Shown: positions 13,323 to 28,503 of the stretch, in pieces | Position numbering within the stretch: position 1 is the first letter of the stretch | Layout of the letters: the number at the start of each line of letters is the position of its first letter | Assembly: GCA_951406725.2 (NCBI GenBank) | Contig: OX597831.1 | Span: 11,532,001-11,596,000, forward strand | Direction: 5' to 3' | Source of the DNA: Octopus vulgaris | Lineage: Eukaryota | Length of the DNA: 64,000 nt | Notes under the pieces: model-generated | The model's database searches: none | What the model was told of the DNA's origin: nothing | The model's input: only the letters and a program-made list of their open reading frames with translations | Program-made: the position numbers and the translations under genes

Positions 13323-13688
13323 GCACAAACACACACACCCATACACGCACTCTTACAGAAGCACAGGCAGACCGACAGACTGACAGACCGCAAAAGAAAC
13401 AGGGAGATTGATTGATTGAATGCTGGAGCGGAAGGTATTTAAGTAAAGATGATGCCAAGACACAAATAAATAAATGGATAAATATACAAATAATAAATAA
13501 AAAGGCTTGGAATTGCAGAGATATTTCTGTCTAGATTTAGAGACCGAAGTCGCTGCCTCGAGGAATGGTTATTTCAGGACTCCAGAAATCATTACGTTTA
13601 CCTTAACGATGTTCTTAATTGTGTTCTATACAGGCATTTGTCCATTTAGCAAATAACTTGATCCTATAAAGCTGAACGGTTTTAGGGA

Positions 13689-13940
13689 AATACATACATA
13701 CATACACACATACATATATACATACACACATACATATTTACATACATACATGCATATATACATACATGCATACATATGTACGTACGTACATACATGCAAG
13801 CGTACATACATACGTACGTACATGCATACATACATAGATACATACATACGTACATGCATACATACATATATACATACATATATACATACATATATATATA
13901 CATACATACATACAAGCATGTATGCATATCAACACATACA

Positions 13941-13971
<31 letters not shown>

Positions 13972-14300
13972 GTACGTACGTATATACATACAAACGTACA
14001 TACATACATACGTACATGCATACACAGATACATACATACGTACATTCATACGTACATACGTACATACATACATACAAACATACATACATACGCACATGCA
14101 TACATATGTACATTCATACGTACCTATATATATATATATATACATACATACATGAAAGCATGCATGAATACATACATACATGCATACACACGAACATACA
14201 TAAATGCATGCATACATATGTAAGTACATACATACATGCGTACATACATACATACGTACATACATGTAGTTAAGTAGCAAGCTACATGCGTACATACTTA
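13689..14300. repeat. (TACA/TACG)n tetranucleotide tract
   Basis: Visible simple repeat. Confidence 0.95.
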
Positions 14301-14517
14301 GACCTATACATCCATTCACATATAGGCATACTTCGTATATATATGTATGTGTGTGTGTGGGTGTGTGTGTGTGTGTGTGTGTGGGTGTGTGTGTATTCGT
14401 ATTACGTAACTGATTAGAAATCATTTTACAATTGTATAAGTAAATATGGGCCAAGAAATGTATAGTTATACGCACATGTGCATATATCTGGACATTTTGT
14501 TTGTCAGTTTACTCTGC

Positions 14518-14552
<35 letters not shown>

Positions 14553-15568
14553 TGTGTGTGTTTGTGTGTATGTGTGTATGTGTGCATGAAGGTTTGTACA
14601 GTATTACAGAGTATATATCAGTCTATGATTAGCTGTGTACAAGAATGGACAAAGCATACAAGTGTATATACATACATAAAAACTCAGGAAGTACGTGTGT
14701 ATGCATGCGCGTGCGTGGAGAGAGAGAGAAAGAGAGAGGAAGGTGGAGAGAAAGAGAGAGAGAGAGAGAGCGGAGAGAAACAAGAAAGCATTTGTTTAAT
14801 TTTATTCTATGGGGGTTTAGTACTATTATTTATCGGTCCCTGAAGAATAGAAGGTGAAGTTGACTTTTGCGGGGTTTGAACTGGGAACATAAATATGCGA
14901 AATAAAAATATCCTGAAAATATTTTGTTTGATGCTTTTCAAATTCTTCCGATCAGTGCCTTCTTGTCTTAACAAATATTGATCAAATTTCGAGGGGACAA
15001 GTCAATCTCAGATTTAGCAAAAATAGCAATTGAAGCATTGATATTCATGCCTCACCCGCAACAGTTTGAGCCTTACTGGGATTAGGGGAGTTGCTGGTTT
15101 AAGTTTCGTTGTCCTTGCACAAACGGTCTAAGAGGAGTTAACGAACATAAAAACGTAAAGGACAGAGAAACATCACTCAAATTTATATTAAGATAAACCC
15201 TACATGGTCACTCAATCTGCTAGAAATAGTCGCCAAATTCCCTCACATTTTAGCCTACAGTCATAAATAACAAGTGAAGTACGGATTGGATAATGTGATC
15301 CTAAATAAAGGTTTTCGAATTTTCTGGAACAAAAACAAATAAACAAAACACGAGAGGAGGTCGGGTTATGACTGTAATATACTTGATCATTGCTAAATTG
15401 ATCAAGCCTGGCCTAGGGCTAAATGCCCACAAAACCTCTTTCATGCATCGCAGCGAATTGTCTTCAAAAATCTCATAAAAAATCTCATCAAAAACGAGAT
15501 ACAAGTAGTAGTAATACTAGGATTGAACAGCTAGGTTAAAGGGTCAAAAATTATTACCATAGATACAG

Positions 15569-15846
15569 ATGGAGGTTTTCAAGGGATCACAGCTCTTCAA
15601 TATCCTTGCACAATGCCTGAGAGCCCTGCATGGTATGGGTGTAGGTCTCATCGAAACAAAACTGTCAAGGGTTCTAAACGAGCCTACCTCACGGCAGGAA
15701 ACACAAATGAGGGCAGCGGCATCAAACCCCCTAATTCACCAAAAGCCACAAGTCAGAGGAGGTTTCCAATAATGGTGGAGCACAGTCGACGGTGGTGCCC
15801 CAGCATGACCGCAGCTTTGATGCTGAAACGATTTAAAGATTTAAAG
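15569..15846 (+). mobile_element. 3' end of a CR1/L2-like LINE (ORF2 C-terminus plus 3' UTR)
   Basis: FKGSQLFNILAQCLRALHG...TKLSRVLNEP...RAAASNPLIHQ resembles the LFNxLP..R....FK..LD..L..PD.P LINE C-terminus; followed by GGTGGTGCCCCAGCATGACCGCAG...GCTGAAAC. Confidence 0.65.
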
Positions 15847-15850
15847 AAGA

Positions 15851-15891
<41 letters not shown>

Positions 15892-15900
15892 CTCTCTCTC

Positions 15901-15947
<47 letters not shown>

Positions 15948-16061
15948 ATATATATATATATATATATATACTTTATTTAAAGCGAAATAAAGCATATTAC
16001 TCTACCACTGGTATTTGAGTACTCTTTTTTCCACCTTGTTTCACATTTATGTGTTTACTCC

Positions 16062-16101
<40 letters not shown>

Positions 16102-16933
16102 GAGACAGAGACAGACAGACAAACAAACAGACAGAGCATGAAATTGTCTGAAAAGTCGTGTGACGATATCATCAGAATTCAATGCATTGTCTTATAATTC
16201 ATGAAAGGCAACAAGGAACGCAAATCATGTTACAGGGACGTAGTCCCAAGCCTTATGTCCGCAGGGTTCCACTGCGTATTACATTAGGAGAAATAGAGAT
16301 GTGTGTGTTTGTGTGTGTGTGTGTGTGAATGTGTGAATGTGTACAAAGGCAGAGAGAAAGCCATATAGGAAGAACAGAACATAATTACATACACACACAT
16401 ACATAAAGAAAAGATGAGATCGAGAGGACCTCAATAAAGAAAAAGGTTAGTAGCGCTCAAACGATTTGAACTTACGACCAAGTCAGCAAAACTGAGAGTG
16501 ACTGTAAGAGGAATCCAACTAAGTAGATACGGAGACAAATAGGTAGATAGATAGATATATAGATAGTTAGAGAAAGAGAGAGAGAGACTGATTGATAGAT
16601 AGATATACTAATGTACATACATATACACATACATACACACATACACACACTCACTAATACATGTAAATGAACGTATATAAAGCCGAACCGTGTATGTCTA
16701 GATTTGTTCTCCGTCTATCTTTCCGTGTACGTGTACGCATGCGCAAGTGTATGTGTCTATGTTTATGTAAGACCATCTCAGTTATCTTTCTAAGGTTCCA
16801 CATGAGTGAATCGATGTTTCATATAATTACTCCATTCAGGGATGAAATTCTTACGATGTGGAATTCTTTTGTATCAATGATGAAAACAATACCCGCAATC
16901 CGGTGCGTAGTAATTGATCATAGACGTACATGT

Positions 16934-17014
<81 letters not shown>

Positions 17015-17407
17015 TGTGTGTGTGTGTGTATGTACATATATGTGTTTCTTTCTATATATATATATATGCTCTTTCTATATATATATATATATATATATAT
17101 GCTACGGATACATATGTCTACATACGTATATATGTATATGTATATATGTAATATAAGTATGTATATACATACATATATACATACATTCATACATACATAC
17201 ATACACACACACACACATATATATATATATATCCAAATATACAAATACCGTGAGTGTATCTTGAAGAATTCGCAGTGCCTGGAAACAAAATATAGCCTCT
17301 TTAGACAAATACATGTATATACACTCACATACAGTATATGAAGATATATCTATGCATTCATATAGATATATACATACATACGTACATACGGGCAAACATA
17401 CATATTT

Positions 17408-17451
<44 letters not shown>

Positions 17452-17905
17452 TATAGATACATGAGAGTAAGTATGTATACATATGCGTATATACATAGTG
17501 TATATATATGTGTGTGTGTGTTTGTAGGTGTATATATAGGGAAGGGAGAGCTATAATAGAGAGGGCTATTATCTCAAATTGGTTAAATCGCAGGGGAAGA
17601 AAAACTCGGTTTTCTTCAAGAAACAATCAGGCATAATGCAAAATAATGGTTTTGCCGACTGTTCAGGTTCACGAGCTGAGGTCTGGTGCCGACTCCACCC
17701 CGGCCTCACAGGCAGTACACTGCTTCCATCCTATTTCGTAGAACTATTTACTCACCGCGCGCGCGTATGTGTGTGTGTCTGTCGCCCATTCTTTAATTTT
17801 CTCTGTATTTTTAAGCACTCTCTTATTCTACGCTTTCTCTTTCCTTTGGTTTACGGTATCTCGCTGTTTCCCACTCCGTCTTCCTCATCCCCCCTTCCCC
17901 CCTTA

Positions 17906-18404
17906 TCTATGTATGTATGTATGTATGTATGTTTGTATGTATGTGTGTATGTATGTATGTTTGTATGTATGTATGTATGTATGTATGTTTGTATGTTTGT
18001 ATGTGTGTATGTATGTATGTATGTATGTATGTATGTATGTATGTATGTTTGTATGTTTGTATGTATGTGTGTATGTATGTATGTATGTATGTATGTATGT
18101 ATGTATGTATGTGTGTATGTATGTATGTATGTATGTGTGTATGTATGTATGTATGTATGTATGTATGTGTGTATGTATGTATGTATGTATGTATGTGTGT
18201 ATGTATGTATGTATGTATGTATGTTTGTATGTATGTATGTATGTATGTTTGTATGTATGTTTGTATGTATGTATGTTTGTATGTATGTATGTTTGTATGT
18301 ATGTATCTATCCATCATCTATCTGTCTATTTATCTACCTATCTGTCTTGGCATTCATCCATCCACCCATCCATCCATCCATCTCTCTATCTATGTAGGTA
18401 TGTA

Positions 18405-18485
<81 letters not shown>

Positions 18486-18505
18486 GTGTGTCTGTCTGTC
18501 TGTCC
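17906..18505. repeat. (TATG)n then (TATC)n tracts
   Basis: Visible simple repeats. Confidence 0.95.
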
Positions 18506-18782
18506 TTCTATCTTTCTATTTAACCATCAAATTCTTACTCCTTTGTGTGGAAACGTCTTCAGGTATTCAATTGTTCCTGATCAACATTCATAGAATTCTT
18601 TAAGAATTCAAACCGACGCATCCCTGGACACACATACTCAAGCGCACATTCATATACACACACATACACATACATACACATACACTTTGCAAACATATAC
18701 ACAAGAAATACCAGATACACACATATATGGACACATATAAATAAACGTAAGCATACATATATAGATACGAGCTGATGTGTGT

Positions 18783-19278
<496 letters not shown>

Positions 19279-19408
19279 ACATGTCTGTCTGTCTATCTGT
19301 CTGTATGTATGGCTGTTAAGTTATCTCTGCAGATATTTTAAGGAATGTGTCTATGTTTACATAGAACTACTCTTATGCGAAATGTCGTAACTTTCGGGTC
19401 GTATAGGT

Positions 19409-19490
19409 CAGTGCTACTCAAAGTGCCGGTCCACCGATCGGTGCCGGTTCGCGAGCCATCAGCTTCCGGTACACTGCGAGTTTCCAGAAA
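19409..19490 (+). mobile_element. Possible hAT-Charlie-like MITE end
   Basis: Begins CAGTGCTACTCAAAGTGCCGGTCC, resembling CAGTGGTTCTCAAAGTGTGGTCC-type termini; no partner TIR seen. Confidence 0.4.
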
Positions 19491-19511
19491 AGAGAGAAAC
19501 ATTATACAATA

Positions 19512-19715
19512 CTCTTACTCTTTTACTTGTTTCAGTCAGTTGACTGCGGCCATGCTGGAGCACCGCCTTCAATCGAGCAACTCGACCACGGGACTTATTC
19601 TTTGTAAGCCTAGTACTTATTCTATCGGTCTCTTTTGCCGAACCGCTAAGTGACGCGGACATAAACACACCAGCATCGGTTGTCAAGCAATGCTAGTGGG
19701 ACAAACACAGACACA
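19512..19715 (-). mobile_element. SINE family A 3' half
   Basis: Reverse complement of the family tail and body. Confidence 0.88.
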
Positions 19716-19724
19716 CACACATAC

Positions 19725-19780
<56 letters not shown>

Positions 19781-19787
<7 letters not shown>

Positions 19788-19974
19788 GTTGTGTCTGGGG
19801 AGAGTCATTTTCTTTTTGTGCCTTATAATTTAACACACTCACCATTAAAATTTACACTTTTTTCTTATTTTAATCTTCCTAAAATTTTCGTTGCGTCTTG
19901 CAAACTTTTCAATAGTGAGTGTTAAATTATAAGGCACAAAAAGAAAATGACCCTCCCCAGACACAACAGAATAT
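19781..19974. repeat. Inverted repeat (~60-70-bp arms) whose spacer holds an HHR
   Basis: TGTTGTGTCTGGGGAGAGTCATTTTCTTTTTGTGCCTTATAATTTAACAC pairs with GTGTTAAATTATAAGGCACAAAAAGAAAATGACCCTCCCCAGACACAACA. Confidence 0.93.
19879..19915 (-). ncRNA. Type I hammerhead variant with U3-A8 core
   Basis: Minus strand: CUA-UUGAAAA-GUUUGC(AAGAC)GCAAC-GAAA-AU-UU-UAG; palindromic AAUU stem III; stem I only 3 bp. Confidence 0.6.
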
Positions 19975-20084
19975 GCTTCAACACACGAACTCATATAAAG
20001 AATCTTGCAAACCAAATCCAAAAGCGAAATATATACATATATACATAGATACATATATATATATATGGGGTGTAGTGCGTGGGG

Positions 20085-20128
<44 letters not shown>

Positions 20129-20633
20129 AACGGTTGCCCGCAGTTTTCTTGTACCAAATTCCATCATTCACTGTCGCATTTCCACAGTTGCAGTGGTGTT
20201 GCAGAAGACATTTGCCTAAACCGTAGAACTGCATTTACTGCTAGGTATTGCGCAGTGGGATCGAACCCCAAACCCAAATCGTTGTCTTCGTTGATTCATG
20301 GCTTCTTTTTTTTTTTCTTTCACTTGGTCTACTGACAGCCCTGCTGATGGCGCTACTAGTTCTCACGTAGGCGGTGGAGGTTCTCCTGTGAATATAGGTG
20401 GCGCTGGTGCTGCCATGGTGGGCAGTTTGAATTTTCTTCTGAATCAGCTTCATTAATAGCGGCCTTTTTTCTGGCACCCCTCCCCCACATCTCATTATAT
20501 TCTTGTTAGGTTTTGTACGGTTATCTTCTGTTTGTTTTATATTGTTTTTTTACATCTTGGTTTCCTTTTCTTGGTTTTTAGTTGTCATAATTACAACAAC
20601 AAACATAACAATGACATCATTAGTACGAAGAAC

Positions 20634-20694
<61 letters not shown>

Positions 20695-21083
20695 GGGATG
20701 ATAATATCGTTTTATTTTATTTGTAATAATGTCTTCCAAACACACCGTATTCATTATAATCATGGACACAATTATGATGACGGCGACGTCATCATAAGCA
20801 CGACGACGACGACGAAGACAATAATAATGATGAGTTGGAGGGGGAGGAGGAGGGAGAAGTCGACGCCGACAGTGGCGAAGAGGATGGTGATGATGATCAT
20901 GATAATGGTGATGATGATGATTATGATGAATGAATGCAGATTATCATCATCATTAGCAGCAACAGCAGCAGCATTACTATCTGACAAGATGTGCATCAGT
21001 TGTTTAGTTTTTTGAGCAACAAGAGGATGAACAATATAATTGCGAGCACATTGTCATTGTCGTCGTCGTCGTCATCATCATCC

Positions 21084-21115
<32 letters not shown>

Positions 21116-21479
21116 GTCATCATCATCACCATCGTCATCATTGTTGTCGTCGTCTTGGCCGTTGTCGTCGTTATCATCATCATCATTGTCATCATCAACA
21201 TCGATGTCATCATCATGATCATCGTGATCGTAGTCATCGTCGTCTTCATCAACATCATCATCACATCACCTCCACCACCACCATCACCACCACCAACGTC
21301 ATTATCATCATTGCCATCACCTCCACCACCACCACCACCACCACCACCATCCACCACCATCATCATCATCATCATAATCAATATCATCATCATTATATTT
21401 AGCAAGAAGAGGTAATTGTCGAGAATATTCTCCGTATTCAGAATGTTGTTTTATTCTTTTGCTTTGTGGGGTTTTTTAA

Positions 21480-21627
21480 TTGTTTCAGTCAATGAAATTC
21501 ACTCACATGGCTTTGGTCAGCCTCAGGCTATGGTGGGAGACACTTGCCCAAGGAGCCGCGCAGCGGAATTGAACCCGGAACTATGTGGTTGGGACGCCAA
21601 CTCCTGACAACACAGCCACGCCAGTGC
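21480..21627 (-). mobile_element. SINE family A 5' half
   Basis: GACACTTGCCCAAGG...GAACCCGGAACTATGTGGTTGG...CACAGCCACGCC. Confidence 0.8.
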
Positions 21628-21654
21628 CGAAGTATATATATATGTATATGTATG

Positions 21655-21687
<33 letters not shown>

Positions 21688-21732
21688 ATGTAAATATATG
21701 TGTATATATATATATGTATGTTTATATGTCTG

Positions 21733-21776
<44 letters not shown>

Positions 21777-21975
21777 TACACACATTCCATAAACCGAGTA
21801 CTCATTCCTGCGATTGTTTACTCAAACGTGTGTATATATGGCAAATATATATATGTGTGTGTGTGTGTATGTGTGCGTGTGTGTTCGGGTGTGCGAGGTG
21901 TATGTATACACTTACATACAGTGATATATATGTACATATCTATACATACACACATACGTAGATATAGGTGGCATC

Positions 21976-22012
<37 letters not shown>

Positions 22013-22086
22013 CGTGTGTGTATGTGTGCGTGCGTGTGGAAACGTACGCGTAATTAGGTGGTAGAAAGGGAGCTGTTCCCAAAGAC

Positions 22087-22121
<35 letters not shown>

Positions 22122-22632
22122 TGGTAGAGCTTATAAAAGACACAAGGGGGTGGGGTGTAGTGCGTGGGGGTGTCGGGTTGGGCGGAGCAGTAGTAAAGGC
22201 ATCGTTAATAAGAAAGAAACCTATCCTGAAGAAATTAATTCCTCCACTCTAACCAATAGCTATTCAATAGAACAGTCGAATCGATCAGGCAGAAACAGTT
22301 AATGTCCAATATATCTTAGACTCTTCGGCACATCTTTTGATTCCAAGCTTTGTTTGTGCCTTTTGTTTTCAATAAATCATTATTTTTTCCATTCCATTCT
22401 CTCATTCGTATTTGCTTTGTTACTCTTTTTCTTTCTTTCTTTCCTTTTCTTTTTTTTTTTTTTTTTGTATTTTTCTTTCCTCTTTTATTTTTATTTTTTG
22501 CATTGCTTCCAATATTTCTGTTTCCTTATAATTATTAATTATATTATTACCGTCATCATTAGTGATGCCACTCTTACCATTTTTGATGATGTTGCTAATA
22601 TTGGTCTTCTTCTACCTCTCCTTCTCCTTCTT

Positions 22633-22709
<77 letters not shown>

Positions 22710-22723
22710 CATTATTATTATTA

Positions 22724-22811
<88 letters not shown>

Positions 22812-22935
22812 CAAAGTCTTTTCCTTTCTTTTGATGAAGACATCCGTTTTGCTTGACTAGTGATTTTGTTCTTCAAGGTCAGCGTTGAGTAACCAAATCA
22901 GCATTGCTATACACAAAGTAACTGCGTATATATAC

Positions 22936-23127
<192 letters not shown>

Positions 23128-23613
23128 ATATACGTACAAAGAGAATGAGAAAGATAAAGGTAATTATACAAATAGATATTTAAGTGTGTGTGTGTATGTG
23201 TGTGTATGTGTGTATGTGTATGTGTGTGTGTGTGTGTGTGTGTGCATTCTTACGTGAATAAAGAGAGAATAAATACGTAACTAAGTTTACGTAGGTTTGT
23301 ACGTATCGTGTAATTTGTTATGTAGTTAGAAGCAAATCAGCGTTAAGATGGAGATAATGGGAGACTGTCGAGGGTCTCTCGTTAGTTAATCCCCTTTTCA
23401 CTTGTTATGCTTATCGCTGTTGTTATTGTCGCTGTTTTTATTGTTGTTCCTCTGGTTGGTTTTTCTGTTGTTTTTTGTTTTTTGTTTTTTTTTCTTCCAA
23501 TGACTATACTCGTAATTATAATGAAAACAAGAAGGAATTGAGGATATCATTGTTTGTATAACGATACAAATCAAGCGTAATATATAAATGAACCGGCGTG
23601 TATGGATGCATTA

Positions 23614-23686
<73 letters not shown>

Positions 23687-23759
23687 TAACTTACGTGGTG
23701 CACACAAAGACACGTACCCACAGCACACAGATATACAACTAAAACATTAAATCGCATAT

Positions 23760-23832
<73 letters not shown>

Positions 23833-24345
23833 GTATATACCCATCAGCATTACTGCAAAGATAATGCTAATGACACGAGAAGACAAATTGAGGCGCCTGA
23901 GATTCTAACTACCCGACTGGCAATCTTCCACCGAAATTCTCGCTGGTGAGAACAAAGTTTCCGAAATGGATAAAAACAATTCGAAGAGTTCATGTAGTAC
24001 ATCAGTAGAACATCTTTCATGCTTCATAGGAGATATGGGTTCGAATACTAAAAGGAAGCTTTGGACCATTTTTCTCAATCTTTCTTATAGAATATTTGTA
24101 CACTGTTACTTATAGCTCTACGTGCTTCAAGTTCCACCGTTCCAAAAAGGAATTATTATTTTATGTTCTCTCGAAGTTTATAGATTCATATGACGTCAGC
24201 TTCACACTCACACACATACACACACACACAGTCTCGTCCTAAAAATGGATCTGTGCGTGTGTGTGTGTGTGTGTGTCTGTTTATATGTTATACTATATCT
24301 TATGCCCCTTCAAATATTCCTCTGTATTATCATTTATAAAAAGAA

Positions 24346-24552
24346 GGCGACGATCTAGCAGTCATAATCGCGCCGGACAAAATGCTTAACGGCATTTGTT
24401 CCCGCTCTTTACGATCTGAATTCAAATCTGAGTTCAGCTGAGATCGATTTAGTCATTTCTCCTTTGAGGGTCGATAAAATAAATACCAGTTGATGTAATA
24501 AGCAAGAGCCCTCCCCCTCAAACCTGCTTCCCCGGTGCCAACATTTGAAACT
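24346..24552 (+). mobile_element. SINE family B, diverged
   Basis: GGCGACGATCTAGCAG...GGGTCGATAAAATAAATACCAG. Confidence 0.7.
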
Positions 24553-24654
24553 GTCATTGTTTATAATAATAAATTTATGCTCCTCCTGGGGCAAATTTAA
24601 AACAAAATAATCGTCAACAAAGCATTACCACCATCATTGTTGACGTCGTTGTTA

Positions 24655-24912
24655 GCATCATCATCACACCATCATCATCATCATCATCTTTGTCATCGTC
24701 ATTGTTATCACTACCATTATCGTCGTCATCACCATCATCATCAGCAACAGCACCATCGTCATCTCAATCATCATCATCACCATTATCGTCATCACCATAA
24801 TCATCTCCATCATCATCATCATCACCATCGTCATCAACATCATCCTCATCATCACCATCCCCATCATCATCATCATCATCATCATCACCATTATCGTCAT
24901 CACCATAATCAA

Positions 24913-24947
<35 letters not shown>

Positions 24948-24984
24948 CCATCGTCATCAACATCATCCTCATCATCACTATCCC

Positions 24985-25017
<33 letters not shown>

Positions 25018-25085
25018 TGTCATCATCCCCATCATCACCACTACCATCATCCTGCTCATCACCATCATCATCATCATTATATTAT
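24655..25085. repeat. (CAT)n tract with higher-order duplication
   Basis: CACCATTATCGTCATCACCATAATC...CATCAACATCATCCTCATCATCAC block occurs twice. Confidence 0.9.
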
Positions 25086-25307
25086 CGGATGCCTTGTCTT
25101 TCGCGATGTCCACACTTTTAATACCTCCATCACTTCCATCATTAAATCCTAATCTTTATTATTTACTGTTTCGTTAACTGATAATCTAAAACAATTTGTT
25201 CTGATTGCTTATTAATTAGCAGAATTTGCAATAATGTGAGAATAATAGCAATGGCGAACTTAATGGTAGTGGTGGTGGTGGTGGTGGACTCACGTAATGT
25301 GTGTGTG

Positions 25308-25389
<82 letters not shown>

Positions 25390-25393
<4 letters not shown>

Positions 25394-25605
25394 TGAGAAT
25401 GTGTGTCTGTCTGTCTGTCTGTGTGAATCCCTAAAACTTGAGAACTACACAACCAATTTCATTCAAATGTTACACATGCCTTACTTAGGGTCCAGGGAGT
25501 GTCATGGGCAAAACAATGTTTAACTTCTTGCCTAGGGCGAGCCCACAGCAATACAACATCTTCTCCACTATTTCAGTATTACGTGTTAAAAGTTAAACAA
25601 AAGCA

Positions 25606-25610
<5 letters not shown>
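25390..25610 (+). mobile_element. Possible non-autonomous Helitron-like fragment
   Basis: (GTCT)n followed by AAAACT...ACCAATTTCATTCAAA, an arrangement typical of Helitron/DINE-like elements; termini not resolved. Confidence 0.35.
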
Positions 25611-25658
<48 letters not shown>

Positions 25659-26148
25659 TGTATATGTATACATGTATATGTATAGCTGTATATGTATACA
25701 TGTATATGTAAACATGTATGTCTAGATGTATATATAGATGTACATGTAATATGTACACATATATGTACATATATATACATGCATACATATATACACCCAT
25801 ACACACCCACACACCGATCCCCCCACCCACACACACATATACATAGGTGCAGGTGTGGCTGTGTGGTAACAAACTTGGTTCCAAATCACATGGTCCTCAG
25901 TTCAGTCCCACTGTGTGGTAACTTGGCATGTGTCTTCTGCTATAGACCGAGCATTCGACTGCAACATGTAAAGATGAATGGTGCAACTACAACAACAAAA
26001 AAACAAAAAAAAAAAGGGCAAGTCAATTGTTGATTTTCGAAGCCCTTCTAGGTCACGTGGTTACTGAAAAAGAAATGAAAAAACGGGAAGATCCAAAACC
26101 GAGATAATTTATCAGTCTATCCGTCTAAAGAGTTGCTATTCCATCATT

Positions 26149-26237
<89 letters not shown>

Positions 26238-26264
26238 ATATCTAGAAGTGTGTTTGCATATATA

Positions 26265-26311
<47 letters not shown>

Positions 26312-26427
26312 CAATAATACTATATTTGTTCCACGTCCTCGCGTTGTTGAGTTTTTTTGTGCTTTCTTGTTTGGATTAACTTTATATATGTATATATATA
26401 TATATATACATAACATATATATATACA

Positions 26428-26806
26428 GGCGCAGGAGTGGCTGTGTGGTAAATAGCTTGCTAAACAACCACATGGTTCCGGGTTCAGTCCCACTGCGTGG
26501 CATCTTGGGCAAGTGTCTTCTGCTATAGCCCCGGGCCGACCAATGCTTTGTGAGTGGATTTGGTAGACGGAAACTGAAAGAAGCCTGTCGTATATATGTA
26601 TGTGTTCGTGTGTCTGTGTTTGTCCCCCTAGCATTGCTTGACAACCGATGCTGGTGTGTTTACGTCCCCGTCACTTAGCGGTTCGGCAAAAGAGACTGAT
26701 AGAATAAGTACTGGGCTTACAAAGAATAAGTCCCGGGGTCGATTTGCTCGACTAAAGGCGGTGCTCCAGCATGGCCGCAGTCAAATGACTGAAACAAGTA
26801 AAAGAG
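26428..26806 (+). mobile_element. SINE family A, full length, least diverged
   Basis: GGCGCAGGAGTGGCTGTGTGGTAA (A-box), GGTTCAGTCCC (B-box), CTTGGGCAAGTGTCTT core, LINE-like tail. Confidence 0.93.
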
Positions 26807-27311
26807 TATACAAAAACGCAACAAAAGACAATAAAACATTCGAACTGCATACAAATATATATATATATTATACATAATATATTATATTATATATTAGATA
26901 TATATTATAGTATGTATATATCGACACGTATAGATATATGTATGTACTCCTCGATTAGCATAATCAAACACACACACGCATACCTGCCAATTTGTGATTA
27001 TTTTCTCTTTATATATTGGACAGGAAACCGGAAGCACTGAGCATATCCGTTCCAGGTTTTTCCTCTGAATGTTTGTTTGTTTTTTGTCCCCTTCTTTGCG
27101 CACGCGCGCGAGTGTGTACGTGCGTATTATGAATATGTAATGTAACAAAGCCCAGCGATGAAGAAATGAGACGAAACAATAAATAATAAACAATAAATAA
27201 AAAGCAATAAACAATAAATAAACAATAAACAAAGATGGCTTCAAAAGAATAAAATTTAGCGAGACGTGAAATGATTTATGTGTGACTACGAAATCAGACT
27301 GTGTGTGCGTG

Positions 27312-27431
<120 letters not shown>

Positions 27432-27453
27432 AGCAAATAACGAAAATAAAAGG

Positions 27454-27494
<41 letters not shown>

Positions 27495-27894
27495 TAACAG
27501 ACATAGAAAGTTGAGACAAAGGGAGTCAGTGAGAGAGTAAGAGAGAGACAGAGAGACTCAGAGAAAGAGACAGACAGACAGACAGACACGCAGAGAGAAA
27601 GAGACAGGCAGAAAAACGGACAGATAGACAGACAGACAGACTGACAAACAAGCATGAACAGGCAGAGAGAGAGAGAGGGAGAGAAAGAAAGAGAGAGAGT
27701 GAAAAGAGAAAGAGAGAAAGTAAGAAAGAAAGAGACAGACAGATAGACAACGGGGGGGGGGACCGACTGTCAGACAGACGAGTAGACAATTAGGCACACA
27801 GACAGACAGTGACTAGAAAATAGAAGCCAGTATCGACGGTCTGTGGAAGAATATCATTGGTTATCTCACAGCAATGCCACAAGGTGGTTATTGT

Positions 27895-28112
27895 TGTTGT
27901 TATTGTTTAACACCAGGTCAGGCGTAAACGATCTGGTATATATATCCACAGGTTTTCCAACCGTGACCATCACCCTCTATTTTTTTCCTGTGTATGACAA
28001 CCATTTGAACACATTATCTAACATGTCTTTAAAAACAAATGGTGGCAGAGATTTGAAGATGATTTGGCTACTATTTCTAGCTGATCTAGAGACTACATAG
28101 AGGCTCCCACGT
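27895..28112 (+). repeat. Old interspersed repeat (diverged relatives near 15200-15420, 28620-28830, 31760-31950, 36830-37190, 43615-43660)
   Basis: Shared blocks TTCCAACCGTGACCA and GCTATTTCTAG...ACCAC..AGAGGCTCC. Confidence 0.5.
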
Positions 28113-28411
28113 TTGTTGTTCGTTGCCGCTATCCCTGGTGGTGGTGGTGCTATTTTTGTAATTTTTTCTGTTGTTTTGCCTCGGGTTGGTCCTAAACGAG
28201 AAAACCTACAACCAAAGTTTACTTGGTCGCAAACCCTGAGGTCAACTTTTCAGTATCAGGATATCCCCCATCTCCCTCCCATCAATCGTGGAGACCCTTA
28301 AAAGGGGGTCACGGGCAAAACCTTCGCCAATGACTAACATATGGGGCCAAATATCGATGCAGTTGTTGATAAACTGATAAAATGACCACAAGAGGAAATA
28401 GATAGCTACCG

Positions 28412-28503
<92 letters not shown>

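Noticed and set aside
22855-22870. 16-nt identity to the 3' part of miR-7 (GACTAGTGATTTTGTT) with a weak downstream hairpin
   Set aside because: The seed differs (GCTTGAC versus GGAAGAC) and the hairpin is poorly paired; a plausible chance match.
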